A stretch of DNA of 34,370 bases from Guillardia theta CCMP2712 (Eukaryota; Protista; Cryptophyta): assembly GCF_000315625.1 (NCBI RefSeq), contig NW_005434590.1, positions 1 to 34,370 on the forward strand. The letters are read 5' to 3'. The notes below the pieces were generated by a model. The model saw nothing but the letters and a program-made list of their open reading frames with translations, was not told the DNA's origin and ran no database searches. Within the stretch, counting starts at the first letter, position 1. Every line of letters starts with the position of its first letter. The position numbers and the translations under genes were made by a program. Below, in pieces: positions 10,201-22,600 of this stretch.

Positions 10201-11838
10201 TCGGCCTCTTTCTTGGCCTTTCTTTCAAACCTATGCAAGCATCACTTTCACCTCGACAACGACCGACTCTTACTTCTCCTTGTGCTCCGGATCTAATCCT
10301 TGCCACATCTTCACCATCACCATCACCACTTCCGCTGGAGTGGCTTTTGGATTCGCCTTCAAACACGTCAGCATGTTGGCGGAGCAAATTCGGTTAGTTT
10401 CTCACTTGCTGTACTTTTTGCCTATTCGTGTTACAAAAAATCTCGAATCCAGTCTTGGCTTTCGATGAAGTATCTTCCGATGACGAGTTCGTCTCAGATT
10501 TTGATTTCTTGCTGCTCTTGGCATCATCCTCTTTCTCAATCTTGTGCTTCTCAGAGGTTTTCTTTTTGCTTTCTTTCTTCTCTTGTTTCTGTTTCTTCTT
10601 CTTGCTTCTGCCAAGCATATCATTCAGCACTTCCTCGTTTATTCAACGCTACATACTTTGAACTTTCGTCTTCAGAGTCGCTGGATGAAGAATCATTCGA
10701 AACTCTACTCCTGCGCAGTTTGCAATCAACTAGCAAACGCAACACATCAGCAATAGCAACCTCTTTTTACTTGATTTCTTTTTTTCTTTCGGAATTGGAT
10801 CCTCATCTTCCCTGCGGTCTCAAGTCAAACAGATCGAAACATCAACGCAAGCGTGTCCGACTCAGGAGGAAACGCGGCCGCAAGTTGTGAGCCCGGCGAT
10901 TCTTTCTCGAGGTTTGCTTCCTGCACAGCTGTCTTGAAGAGTTTCGAGGTTGATTTCTTCGACAGTTCGTTGTAGTGCTTGTCGAAATTCTTCAGCTCGT
11001 CATTTCTTGACCAAGTAAACATATGATCTCCGAAGCAGTAAGCCAGCTCCGACTCTGGTCTCTTTGCATCGAGCACATTGTCCTACAGGAGACTATCACA
11101 TCGCGACGCGCATCACGATCGGAAAGAGCACCTTCAAGTGCGGCGGAACATCTTCCATCTCAACTATCATTCCAGGCCACCAGGGATACCCCTTGATGCG
11201 CACCCACGTCAGTTGACCGCGCCTCTTGCTACTTGAAGCTGATGAAGTCTTCTTCTCTGACGCTTTTTGGTCCGAATTGTTCTCCGCGGCTTTGCTTTGT
11301 TTTGCCGGAGCTTTTTCCGTCTTCGCCGTGCTCTGTCAAAATAAAAAGTTAGACAGTATGTAGTCAATGAAAGCAGGTAGCAGTGCTTGTCAAGTATACA
11401 CATACGTCGGTGCTTTCTTTGTCTTTTTCCGAATCCAATTTTCCTTTTTCGCCACCTTCCTTGGCCTTGTCTTCCGACGAGGATTTGACGGCCTGAAAGC
11501 AGGCATGATTTCAAGCAAGCAAGAATCTCAGCAAATACGCTTTCTGCATTTTCGCCGGCAATGGCATCATTCTCAATGCCGTTCGAATTCTCTTTCGATG
11601 TTTCACCTTCATCTTTGGAAAGGTGAGTCTTGCAAGGCTGTAAAACCTGTCCTTACTTTGAGCTTTCTTCTCGGCAGAGTCTGATGAGTCAGGCACTGTC
11701 TTAGATGAGTGGTCTTGTTTCACTTCTGTGCAACACTATCAGCAACCTACAGGCACCTCACAGAGGGCTACCATCTTCCGAACTCGAGCTGCTTGAGTCT
11801 GAGCCCTCCCTCGACGCAGCTTCTGGTGAAGGTGCCAT
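7276..11838 (-). CDS. Multi-exon chromatin/RNA-binding protein: PWWP + HMG-box + PHD finger + RRM
   Basis: Likely start MAPSPEAASREG (11838). PWWP: WVRIKGYPWWPGMIV...YCFGDHMFTW...LFKTAVQEA (~11206-10920). HMG: KTGFEIFCNTNRQKVQQ|ANPKATPAEVVMVMVKMWQGLDPEHKE (~10460-10210). PHD: DYCD|xCGDAGDLLCCDGCPAAYHAACIG...PW|YCNAC (~9965-9710). RRM: LYVGNLA...KNFAFIQ...GTVIGGQSIHIK (~9285-8870). Last exon IQNVVGT* ends at 7276. Continuity as a single gene is inferred from phase-compatible introns where checked. Confidence 0.8.
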
Positions 11839-12339
11839 GGCTGGAAAACAAACGCGTCAGGCCAAGAAACCATGTCTCCATCATGAACTCTCTCTCTAAC
11901 ACACTCACACACACTTGCTTCATAGTCATACATCACAAATGCTGCTTGCTCACTACTCGCTTTCCTCGCACTTCCACGTCCATATCTGCATCCTCTCTGC
12001 TCCTGATGCCTTGTCGCCTACTCCTTACAGTAAATCACTTCAGAATTCTCATATCCTCGCCCTCGCGCACTACCAGCTGATCTCTTCGCACATCGATACC
12101 TCTTCTCCTCGCCTCGTTTGTTAATTTCACCCGCTTCTTCTTACCGCCTCGTCTTCTGACAACCTTTTCTCTGTGAACTTGTTCTGATGAGAGTGCATTC
12201 TTGCCCTCTTCCCTTCTCCACTCCTGCTCTTATCTGAACTCACCCTCCTCTCACATCCTCTCTCCTCCTCTCTCCTCCTCCATTCCTCTCCTCCTTCGTT
12301 TTCTGTTTCGACTCGCATCTTCCTGCTTCTCATCTTGAC

Positions 12340-12900
12340 TACCCCACCCCTGTTTGTCACTACATAACCCTACCACAACCACCATCGGCTAGTGGTACAC
12401 TACCCCCACCACCATTTCAAGAATTACACCCCTGGTGGTAAGCCGTTCAGTTTATTGGATTTCGAAGGTAGATACTACCCCTACCACACTGATTTGTACC
12501 CCTACCCTGATTCAATCTACCGAACCACCCACAACCTCAGCTCTGAAACCCTGCCACTGCACTACCCCCACCTAGAGCGCTATAAGCCTCACCCACCTTA
12601 AGATACCCACCCCTTCACATCACTACCCGTACTATTCTCCAAAAGTACCCCCCTTCATCAAGAGAGACTCCCACCCTAACCTCAAAACTTTTACCCCACC
12701 CAAGCCCTTCGATCACACCCCACCCACTATTTTCAAAAGCTTAGCCAGTACCCCTTCGTTCTCACTGGTAAGTGAGGCAGCACCTACCTCGACATTGATA
12801 GCAAATATTCCTTGAATGACCGGGTACTTGGATTGACCCACCCATACCGATTTTGTGTTTCTGCTACCCCCACCCCCTCTACATCATTAGAGACGCGTGC
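12340..12900. promoter_or_regulatory. ACCCC-rich intergenic block upstream of the PWWP gene
   Basis: Dense taccccc/accaccc motifs on the + strand; no credible ORF. Confidence 0.4.
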
Positions 12901-12929
12901 TGATTGTGGAATGTGGTTATGTTCGACGT

Positions 12930-13915
12930 TCCGACTTGCCCACCCGGCCCGGCGGGCCCCGGCGAGGCTGAGGCCCGGCCCGCCGCGGCCGGGCTCACGC
13001 GTGATGAGACTCAGAGTCGGGGCCCGGGCCCGAGTCCCGGCGGGACAGCCTGACGCCCGCCCACAGGCTGCCGCGAGTGGAACTCCGCCGGGGACAACCT
13101 AACGGTCACGGGCGGAGTCCGGCGGTCCCAGCCTGGCAGCGTACCGTGGCCCGTGGGCGGCGGCGGGCGCCGGCCGGGCGCCGGCACAGTAGTCAGGTTC
13201 ACGCCGATCCGGGCCGCCGCCGGGCCCGGTGGCTCCGAGGACCGTTCGGACACTGCCGGTACTACCGTACGGTACTGCAGTACTAAGTGTCGCAGGCTGA
13301 GTTCAATCGGAGTGACTGGTCCGGCCTGCGGCGGCCGCGGCCGCGGACAACCGTTGAACTTTGCCAGTTGAAGCGGGCCCGGCCCGGCCCGGCTCAGTAG
13401 CCGTACACTGCTTCGGGCCGGTCCCGGGCCGAGTCCGGTCCGGGCCGTCCGAGGCTCGGCGGCCCCGCGGCGGCGGCGTAGACGGCTGAGTGCCGCCGCC
13501 GCCGCTCAGCCGCTGTCGGACTCCCCGGGCCCGGCGGCGCTCCCGCTGAGCCCGGTGGTTCCGAAGATCAACTCGGCAACTCCGGGGGCGTTATCGGTCA
13601 TCACCGAGTCCGCTATGATCATGCCATGGAACATGATGGCGGCTTCCGGCCGCCCTCGCGGGCCGCCGCGGGCCGGGCCAACCGTAGTGACTTGAAGCCA
13701 GGCTCACAGGCTGACACGACTGACTCGGTCACCTGCTGCCACACGGTACGGTCCGTACGGCGGTCCGGGCCCCGCCCGGAACTTTCCGACCGTACTGAGG
13801 GGGCGGTGCCCCCGGGGGCTCAGTCACTGAAAGTTCCGACTCCGGACCGTCTGAGTAACGCCGGCGGCCGGGGTGAACTTCGGAACGGCCGTGACGGCCG
13901 GGGTTTACTACTGAC
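12930..13915. other. Very GC-rich, palindrome-dense non-coding island
   Basis: Same vocabulary as 3730-5370 (cccggg, gggccc, ccgcgg, agtact, gctnagc). Confidence 0.55.
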
Positions 13916-13983
13916 GGGTGGGGTGTTATGAGCCGCTCATAGGAGAGAGGGGTGGTCATGGAGCCTGGGGTAGTGGGGCGATT

Positions 13984-16900
13984 ATGGCGCAGGATCCTCA
14001 GGGAGGGAGCAGGGCGGGCGTCGTCAAGGTGGTGGAGGGAGTGTGGGGAGGGAGAGGAGGGAGGGAGAGCAGAGGAGTAGAAGCTGCGAGCAGATGGGCG
14101 TCAGGTCGAGCGATGGCCTTGACTCGATCGTCATGGGCGGCTGCCGTGTTAGAGAGGAACCAAGCGGAATGGCTGCTGGTGTCTGGCGACGGCAACATGA
14201 GCAGGCATGTGGGAGGGTGGGGACAAGGGTTGCTTGCTCGCGCGTTGGAAGGTCAAGTTGTTTTGTGCAACGACGTCAATGCAGGTGAATCAGCTCGCAT
14301 CCTGACTTGCCATGAGCTTCGAAATCGTCGCCACCTCGCTCCACGTTCGCGAGGTGGCGGCTGGCGTATGCTGATCTTGTTGGCAGAACCTCGCTACGTG
14401 TCCCAGAAGGACTGCAAAGGACGAGGAAGCTCGAAGGAAGAGCCGACATGTATGCTGGTTGTTCCTCTCATGGACGAGGACGGGGACTGCATCGGGGCCC
14501 TCCAGGTGGCGGGGAGCAAGGGCAAGAAGTGAGTGAGATTGAGGGAGTAGCAAGTCAGACTGACGAGGACGAGCAGGTTCAGTAAGGAAGATGTAGCTGT
14601 ACTTCAGCTCATTGCACTGAAACTTGTGTGCGTCCTTGAGAACTGTCACTTCAATCACAAACACAAGTCTGCCCTTGACCTTGGGGCGACGCAACCGACC
14701 AACTTGCATGTTGAGCTGCGAACAATGCTCAAGGCGTGCGAGGGTGATCGGGCCAGCATGACGTCGACAGTTGAGCGTCACATCACCTCAGTGGTCAACT
14801 GCCAGCATGTCCACATCCGCCTCCATCACAAGAGAAGCGGAGAAGCACCAGACTATCTGACTGACGGCAGCAGCAGCCTCGGGCCCTTGGCGACAGAGAG
14901 CACCAGGGCTGACGTAGAGCTGACAAGCATCTCAGTTCCGGTCATCTCCTCTCCCCTAGATCAGATCCCTTGGGGGAGCATCCTACTCCATGGTTGCGAA
15001 CCCCTGAGCGATGGCGCAAGCGACTGGCTCAGGCAGGTCGCCCAGCAGGTTCTCCTCTCCTCTCCTCTCCTCTCCTCTCCTCGCCTTCTCCTCTCCTCTC
15101 CTCTGCTTCAAGTTGCCTGCTGACAGCAGCCGCAAGTTTGGGGCTCATCTCAGCAAGAGAAGCGTGGAAGAGGCGGCAGCACGCGGGTCGCGCTGCTTTG
15201 GAAGCATCTGTGGCGCGCGAGATTTCAGCTCGGCGTCTGCTGAGTTCGTCTGCTGGGTGGAGGAGAGCCTGGACGCGCAGGGCGGGGTGATACGTAGGAG
15301 GGGAACGTCGGTGAGAAGACTCGCGAGCATCTTGTAGCTGACAAGACGCCAGGAGTATGAGATGTACGTCAATGGCAGGACGAGCCTCGTGAAGGTCAAC
15401 TGCTGGGCTGCTCCTGGGCCGCTCCTGGGCTCTGACGCATGGCAGGATGGTCAGCGGTGGAGATCACGGATGGTGGAAGTGGTTATGGAGACAGGGGAAG
15501 CCCTCGTAGCGGACAGGTGGCCCTGCGCTACCTCGACGCCTCTGAGTAGCCGCAGAGTCTGGAAGGAGGAGGAGACTAGAACAAGGAGGGGAGGGGAGGA
15601 GGAAGAGGAGGAGGAGGAGGAGGACTTGTTGTTGTGGTATGAGACAGACAACAAGGTAGGGCGTCTCTTTTGCTCGGCCTCCTCTTGACTCTGTCGACCT
15701 TCAGCGTCTCGCCTCCTGCATCCTCTGCGTTCCTCTACTCAACTGGAGTACTCGAGAAGTGGAGGGGGTCGCCTTTGCTCGGAGGTTCTCCAAGGTGAGT
15801 CAGCAGACGTTGCAGCTGGAGTTGAGCTGGAGCAGGCGAAGTTTGCGCAAGAAGAGAAGCAAGTGGTGGAGAGCATGACCCTCGCGCTCTCCTGCCACCT
15901 GCTGCTCTCTCTCCGAGTCGCTGCCTGCGCTCGCTCTTCGATGCAACAGCAGCGTTTTAGAAGCTTTGCAAGGGAGCTGACGACGATGTTCAGGGAGGTA
16001 GATGCCAAGAAGTGAGTCCGTCTCCTCTCCTTCTCCCCCCCTCTCCTCCCTCCTCTGCTCCCCTCCTCTCCTTCTCCTCTCCTTCTCCTCTCCTTCTCAT
16101 GCGCTCTCAGGCTCCTGCACACCTCTTCCTTGACGCTGTCAAACCTGCTCGATGCTGAGCAATGTGAGCTGGGAAGCAGCTGAGCCCGCCTCAAGTCTCA
16201 AGTCGCTTGTCAGGCCACATCTTCTCTGTGGATCGCAAGTCGAACGAGGTCGCAGGGCAGGTGAGCCGTCGACCCTCTCCAGCTGCAGCTGAGGAGCAGC
16301 AGGGGACCGTCACGATGCCCAAAGACGAAGGACTCTTCGCTCAGGTCTGCCTGCCTGCCGCCCCGCTGCTGCTGCTGCTGCTGACGTCACCGCCACAAGG
16401 TTCTCAAGTCCAAGAAGTCGCTCACGGTGGACGCGCGAGCTCTTGTGACCGCCGTCCCTGCGGTTCCTCCTCTCACTTCCCTCCAGGTCCAGCCCGACCC
16501 AGCACGACCCTCAGCTGCCAGGGCGATGATCTTGTACCCGGTCGTGAGCAGCAAGCACAAGGTCCTGGCGATCATCCAGCTGACCTCCAAGGAGAGCGCG
16601 TGGGGAGAGGAGGAGCTCGAGCTCGTCAGCAGCTTCGCCGTGGCTCTAGCAGTGGCGCTGGAGCAATGCTCGAGATCCTCCACGGCGAGACGAAGCTGAG
16701 AAAACGCGAGTGGCTGATGTTGGCTGAGCAGGAGCTGGGCGACCAACTGAGCCTTCCGATCGATGCAGCTGAGAAGGTGATGCGCCGGCAGATGCAGAGG
16801 AGGGTGAAGGAGAAGCTCAGCTGCAGAGCTGCCGTCGTGTACAAGTTCGACCCCAACTGGAAGCAGCTGACCTGCCTGGACCCCGTGGGAGTCTTGAGAC

Positions 16901-19261
16901 GAGTCAGCAGCGTCAAGGGGATCGTGGGCCACGTGTTCCAGACAGGGGAGATGGTGTCGTCCGACGACCCGCTGTCGGTCCCGCACTTCCATGCTGATGC
17001 CGACAAGCCGCTCGAGGAAGACGTGGGCGAGGAGAGGCAGATGATGACAAGCTGATGTGTCGGGGCAGGTCAAGACGCTACTGTGCTCAGCTCTGCTGGA
17101 CCGAGCTGGGAATCACGTGGGGGTGATGTTGGCGGTGAACAAGAGCAACGGGAAGTTCTCCTTCAAGTGCGTTGATGAGCTTTGAATCTCGACCCGCCTG
17201 TTGACCTCCAGCAGGGACGAGAAGTGGCTCAAGTCCGTCTCCTCCGACTTTGCTGAGCTCCTGCAGACAGTCCAAGTTCGAAGACGCACGTCAGGCCGTC
17301 AGAGCCGATGGCGCCTTCTTGCACGCCATTGGCCGCTTGTCCGGTACCGCCAGTGACTGCCGTTGCCCCTCTAACTCGCCGCAGGCTTGACGTCCCTCAA
17401 CGAGTTCCTCGCTGAGTTGCGGCAGCACGTGAAGCAGCTCATGGCCTGCTCGGCCTGCTCCTCCTACCTGCTGGATCGCGACATGGCAAGCTTCTTCACC
17501 GTCGACGCCGGCGGCAACGAGTGTCGCATCCCCAGCAGCCCCGACACCGTCATAGGTCACGTGGCCCTCAAGCAGACCCTCGTCCGCGTCGCCGACCTCC
17601 ACAAGGCTCCGCGTCAGCTGGGAGTGAGCTGGGGTCTGACTGCCTCTCAGGACCCGCGATTCTCTCACGCGGCGAGGGGGAGGGAGGGGGAGGACCCCGT
17701 GCGCATGCTCTGCTGCCCCATCGTGACTGATCGCCGAGTGACGGGAGTCATCCAGTCACCTCAGCTCGCAACTTGACGAGCTCTGACCAGCTGGTGGCAG
17801 GTGCGTGAGAGCCAAGGAGGAGGAGGAGTTCTCCCCCCACGACGAGCTGCTCCTCGAAGATTTCATCCGCGTCGTCGTGGTCGAGACCCTCAGGAGCGTC
17901 GAGAGGAACGTCAGACTGCTGGATCTCCAGCAGCTGCCGCAGACTCTGCTGGCCCTCACCTACCATCATCGAGACGCCTTCAGCTTCTTCGAGAGCGCAA
18001 AGTCGACGCTGCGGGAGGCGCTGGACTGCGAGCGGGTGAGGAGGGGAAGGAGGAGGATAGGTGGGAGCACGAGGAAGCTGAGGGACAGCAGGTGAATCTC
18101 TTCCTCGTGGACCCGGAGCAGCAGACGGTCAGGCTCGACCAAGGCCTCGGGTGAGCTCGTGGAGCTGCTGCCGTCCCCCATGACGATCCTCAGGTACTCG
18201 GATGAGGTGGCGCAGTTGGAGGCGCAGGTCAGAGCAGCGGAGAAGGCAGCAGAGGTGAGCGAGTGAGAGGAGGGGAGTAGGGCGAGAGTCAGAGAGGTTG
18301 AGCAGGAGGAGAGCGAGAGGAGGGAGCTGAAGCTGAAGCTGGGACATGCTCGCCGGATGCAAGAAGAGCTGCAGGGAACGTTCGTCTCGTTCCCCATCGG
18401 GCAGGGAGTGGCCGGTCGAGCAGCGACACGTCAGGGAGTGACGAACTTTAGCAGCGTCGAGCATGAGAAGTTGCAGGAGGTCGAGAAAGTCTCCATCCTG
18501 GGGAAGCCTTGTCGCAACATGCTGTGCTGCCGAGCTGTCGACGGCTGCGAGCGAGTTGTTGCGGTTGTGCAGGCGATCAACAAGAGAGCAGGAGTGTTCT
18601 CCCAGGCTGACGCCTCCCTCCTGGCCTCCCTCTCTCCCCAACTCGCAGCTTCTGTGGCAGAGGCAGCTCATGCTCAGCAGCTCGAGCATGGCAGGAGCCG
18701 CTTCATGGACTTGAGCCGCATGGCAGTCGACAGTCTGGCCTGCTTGGACGAGACTTCGCTCTGGTGCCTCGTCGCCGCTTGAAGCTTCTTGACTCACGCC
18801 TGGTTCAGTGAGCTGGTCTTGAGCTGGGGCCCTCGGGTCACAGGCGCTCACACGTGCAAGCTGTGGGTGTATGACAGCAAGGAGGGCCTCCTGGCCTCCA
18901 GCTCGGCCTCGCATGGGCGGCGGAGTCTGAGCCTAGACGAGCACTCGGCGACGGCCATCGGTAGCGTCGCCTGCCGCTGCTCCTCCCTCACCTGCCGCAG
19001 GACAAGCCGCCTTGTCAGGCGAGCGACAGCTGGGCCAGGTGGAGGGCGGCAGGCGTGTACAGTACGAGCCCGTTAAGTCAGGCACACGAACCGTCGGGGT
19101 GCTGGAGCTGCGAATGAGCAGGTGGGAGGGAGGGAGAGGAGGTGTGGGATAGGTGAAGGTGTTGCAGGAGCACAGAGAGCGAGGACGAGAAGGAGGCGGT
19201 GGAGATTCTGATACGAATGATCGCAAACGCACTTGAAAGGCTCAGCCCGACAGAAACTTGA
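13984..19261 (+). CDS. Multi-exon protein with about 8 tandem GAF domains (cNMP-PDE-like GAF) and no recognisable catalytic domain
   Basis: Repeated GAF cores: CMLVVPLMDEDGDCIGALQV (~14450); CILCVPLLNW (~15720); MILYPVVSSKHKVLAIIQL...EEELELVSSFA (~16530); KGIVGHVFQTGE...GVMLAVNKSNGKFS (~16915-17160); VIGHVALKQ...DPRF...MLCCPIVTDRRVTGVIQ (~17550-17755); FPIGQGVAGRAAT...MLCCRAVD...VVAVVQAINKRAGVFSQAD (~18390-18610). Final exon ...EAVEILIRMIANALERLSPTET* ends at 19261. Start and exact exon edges are approximate. Confidence 0.8.
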
Positions 19262-19328
19262 TGCATGTAAACTTTCATAGCGCAACAATATGATTAAACA
19301 AACTTCCTTACTGCCTCCTCCCTTACCT

Positions 19329-21160
19329 TCAATCCTCCCTCGCTCTCTTTGAAACTTCACAAGGCACCTCACAAGCTTCTGCCAGACTTCTTTTCTGCCC
19401 CGCAATGTCCGATCCTTTTGACCCCTCCCCCTTGCTATCTTTGTTCTCTGTCGATTGTTCCTCCGGCCCCATTGGTGGGCCCACACTTCGCGTCCTGTTG
19501 CAGCCTTGCTTCAACTTAAATGACTCGAGCTCACACGCCTTTGACGATTTTGTCTTGGAGCATGCCGGAAACAGCTCAGCACTCAACGGGATCGTGTGGA
19601 CGCCACACAACATCGAGTTCATGCTACCCAACCAAGCCTCTTTCTTATACCTTCGCTCCGCCAGTCCCCCTAGCTCAACCTTTCCCGGTCGATTGAGCTT
19701 GTCGTTCTTCTCCCTGACAAGCATAACGACATCGCCCCAGTACTCCTCCCTCGAGCTGCAAGTGGTTGACGCCTTGCTGGAGGATGAGACACTTCTCGTG
19801 AAGCCTCGGACCTCTTCCTCGCCCTCCTCGTCCTCGTCAGGGGTCTCAGCTTCTTGTGACGCGCAACTTTGTACCCTGGTCACGTCGCTATCGGAGGGGC
19901 ATACAGACAAGGACTTGAGGTTGTGGATCTCCTCTCGCGATGCCGGTCGCACCTAACTCGTTGTCAGGTCGATTCGAGCAAAGACACAGGAAAGCTCACC
20001 TTAGCCAAGCTCTCGCCCGCCGAAGCTTTCAACACAACAGTAGCGAACTCTTCGAGCTTATCCGACTGAGGGACAAGATGAGACCCATGAGAGGACGGCA
20101 AATACGGACGAACCTCCAGCTTCTCCAATTCTGAGTGGATGGAACCGACAAGGGCATCTTTCCAACGATTCATGCTTATAAAAAGCTCCTGTTGATTCTG
20201 CTTGACGCAAATCAGAACCGACAGCAGAACAAGGCAAGGCGTATTACATCTTTCACGTTCCATGTCTTCTTCTGCGAATCATACGACTGTTGTATTTTGC
20301 TGCAGAGCATTAGTGTGCAAGCCTTCAGGATGATTACAAGCGTACCGACACTGATCAACGAAGCAGGAGGTTTGTCCACGTAGCAGTCGGATCTGACACT
20401 CCTGCAACAATGTCAAGACTTGCCACGTAAGTGTCTCGCGCAATACCTGAGCCAGCCTATCTAAGACAATACGAACCACCTTGGACTTGACAAACAAGCA
20501 CAGCAATTCCCATCTCTCCAGCATCGTCTTAGATGTTTCGTCCACAATCGACTGCTGACGGCGTATACGAGTTTTCAGCAGCGCAAAATCAGACAAGCTT
20601 GGTTCTTTAAGCTTCTTCTCTTGCAGTGAAAGCAAGTATTCCAGTTGCTTCTTTGCCTGATTCATTTGCACAACAGACTCGTGATAATATACATCTGCTT
20701 TTCGGACTTCCGCGATAAGTTCTTTGACAGAGCTTGATTCGAGCTGCGTGACATTCGGGTTGACACCAATGAGAGACTCGAGGAGGTGAATCGCCACCGC
20801 ATGATCAGTCAGCTCGGCTCGAGAAAGAACGGTTGACTTGCTTCCGTAGATACTTTGTGGGTCTAAAACAATCTTTAGCGCAGAGTCACATGCTGTATTT
20901 ATCGCATCTGTCAGCGTGTCCTTGTCGCCTTCGTGCAATCTCTTGCTGTTGGACATGGCTTCAGACAGAGCAAAAGAGCAAAGAAGCATTGCTTCATTGC
21001 TGCATTTTAATCTTAATTTCTCGCAGGAAAATTGTTCTCCAGCGCAAACGCTCGCATCTGAACTATCATTTTTCCTTGGAAATCGCGAAAATGCTGAGTT
21101 GTGGGAATGCTGGAAACAAGGGTCGTTTAGATTATCAGCCGGAACCTCAGAATTCTTCAT
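19329..21160 (-). CDS. Hypothetical multi-exon protein with a helical/coiled-coil core
   Basis: Long, non-repetitive reading frames 21160-~20445 (MKNSEVPADN...RIVLDRLAQ) and 19952-19329, joined through short exons with GT-AG introns. No family recognised; the start is uncertain. Confidence 0.55.
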
Positions 21161-21559
21161 GTTCTGTTCTCTGAATAAATACAAGCTGTGGATGTGGCAG
21201 TAGACGTGGGGGCAGCTGAGATTCGAAGGACCTGTTTGGATCAATGGCACTTGGGATGCATCCAGTATACAACGAGCAGGAGGAAGGGCAAGGCTTGATT
21301 GATTGGTACCAGCGCTGGTCGGAGGAGGGGCTGAACGGTCTAATCCGACAAAGAGCAGGAGGAATGGCAAGGTCCTGATGAAAGGAGGAGGATGCAAGGA
21401 GGATGGGAGAGGGAGAGGGAGGAGGAGGGAGGAGGAGAGGGAGTAGGAGGGGGAGTAGGAGGGGGGGGGGGAGGGGGAAGAGGGGGAGGAGGAATACGGA
21501 GGTGGGGGAGAGGTGCTGGAGGAGCAGGCGGGCAGGCAAGGGAGGAGAAAGAGATGGTA

Positions 21560-22600
21560 GGGGCTCGTAGTGAGGGGCGAGGGGTACTGATCTTTCAAAA
21601 AGGGGGGTAGGGTCATGGGTAATAAGGGGGTACATGTGTTCAACAAGAGAGTCGGATCATGGTGGGTTATTGGGGAGTTGGGGTAGTGACGCAATTTTCA
21701 GGTAGTTTTGGGGGAATATATGTGGTGGGTGGGTGGGTTCGATTAAAATTAAAAGATAGGGGTAGGAGGAATGTGAACAAAGAGTAGGTGGGGTAGTGAT
21801 ATTTTTGTGGATGTGGGTGGCAGGCAGAAGCACCATAGTCCACCCCTACCCTCCAGCTCCTCCTCCCATCCAATACACCTGGGTAGGGGGTAGGCAACTG
21901 ACCTTTGTGGACCCCCTGCAACAGAGGCAGCAAGACCAGGTGGGTGGGGGGTGACAGTCAGAATGTGGGTGACAAAAGATATGAGGTGGGTGGGGGTCAT
22001 CTGGACAGGGGTCCTTTTTAAACATTTTTGGTGGATACGGGCACGACAGACTGCCGGGGAGGTAAAAGGAGGTATGAATATAGGGGTACTTGTACGTAAA
22101 GGAGTGGGTAGGGGTGGAGCAGGGCAAAAGGTCGACCGCGCCTCCTTTGCTAGGTATATCTAGAGGGGGTACGGGGAGATGGGGGGTCAGGGTCATATTT
22201 TTAATTCTCCTGAGGATGTTACAATAATAGACTGTGATGAGTGAATTTTGAGGAGGAGTGGGAGGGTGGGGTAGTTCTATTTTGGCTGGGGTTTAAAAGA
22301 AGGGGGTAGGGCAGTTCACATCCGCCCGGGGTCACGAGGGTCCTGGCTTTTGATAGCTCCGAAAGAAGGGGTGGTCACGATAGGGTCAAGGGCAACCGTT
22401 GACTTACGCGGGGGTGGGGTGAGGGGTGGGTTGTTGATTTTGGGAAAATATGGGGTAGGGTTGTCATTATAACTCAATGACTATGGGTTCTGTGTAGGGG
22501 AACAGGGGTGGTTTATCAGGGGTGGGTGGTAATGAGAGGGTAGGGGTGGGGATCGGGCCGGGTTCTGCTGATTTTGTACCGGGAGACATGAGGGGACGGG
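21560..22600. promoter_or_regulatory. GGGGT-rich intergenic block between divergent genes
   Basis: Dense ggggtaggg/ggggtgggg motifs on the + strand; no credible ORF. Confidence 0.4.

Noticed and set aside
13984-19261. Phytochrome or cyclic-nucleotide phosphodiesterase call for the GAF gene
   Set aside because: No DIP/PHY bilin motifs and no HDxxH PDE catalytic motif were found.
21160-21694. Pro/Ser-rich N-terminal extension of the 471-aa ORF 20279..21694
   Set aside because: Derived from G-rich low-complexity DNA with a non-ATG start; unlikely to be coding in full.
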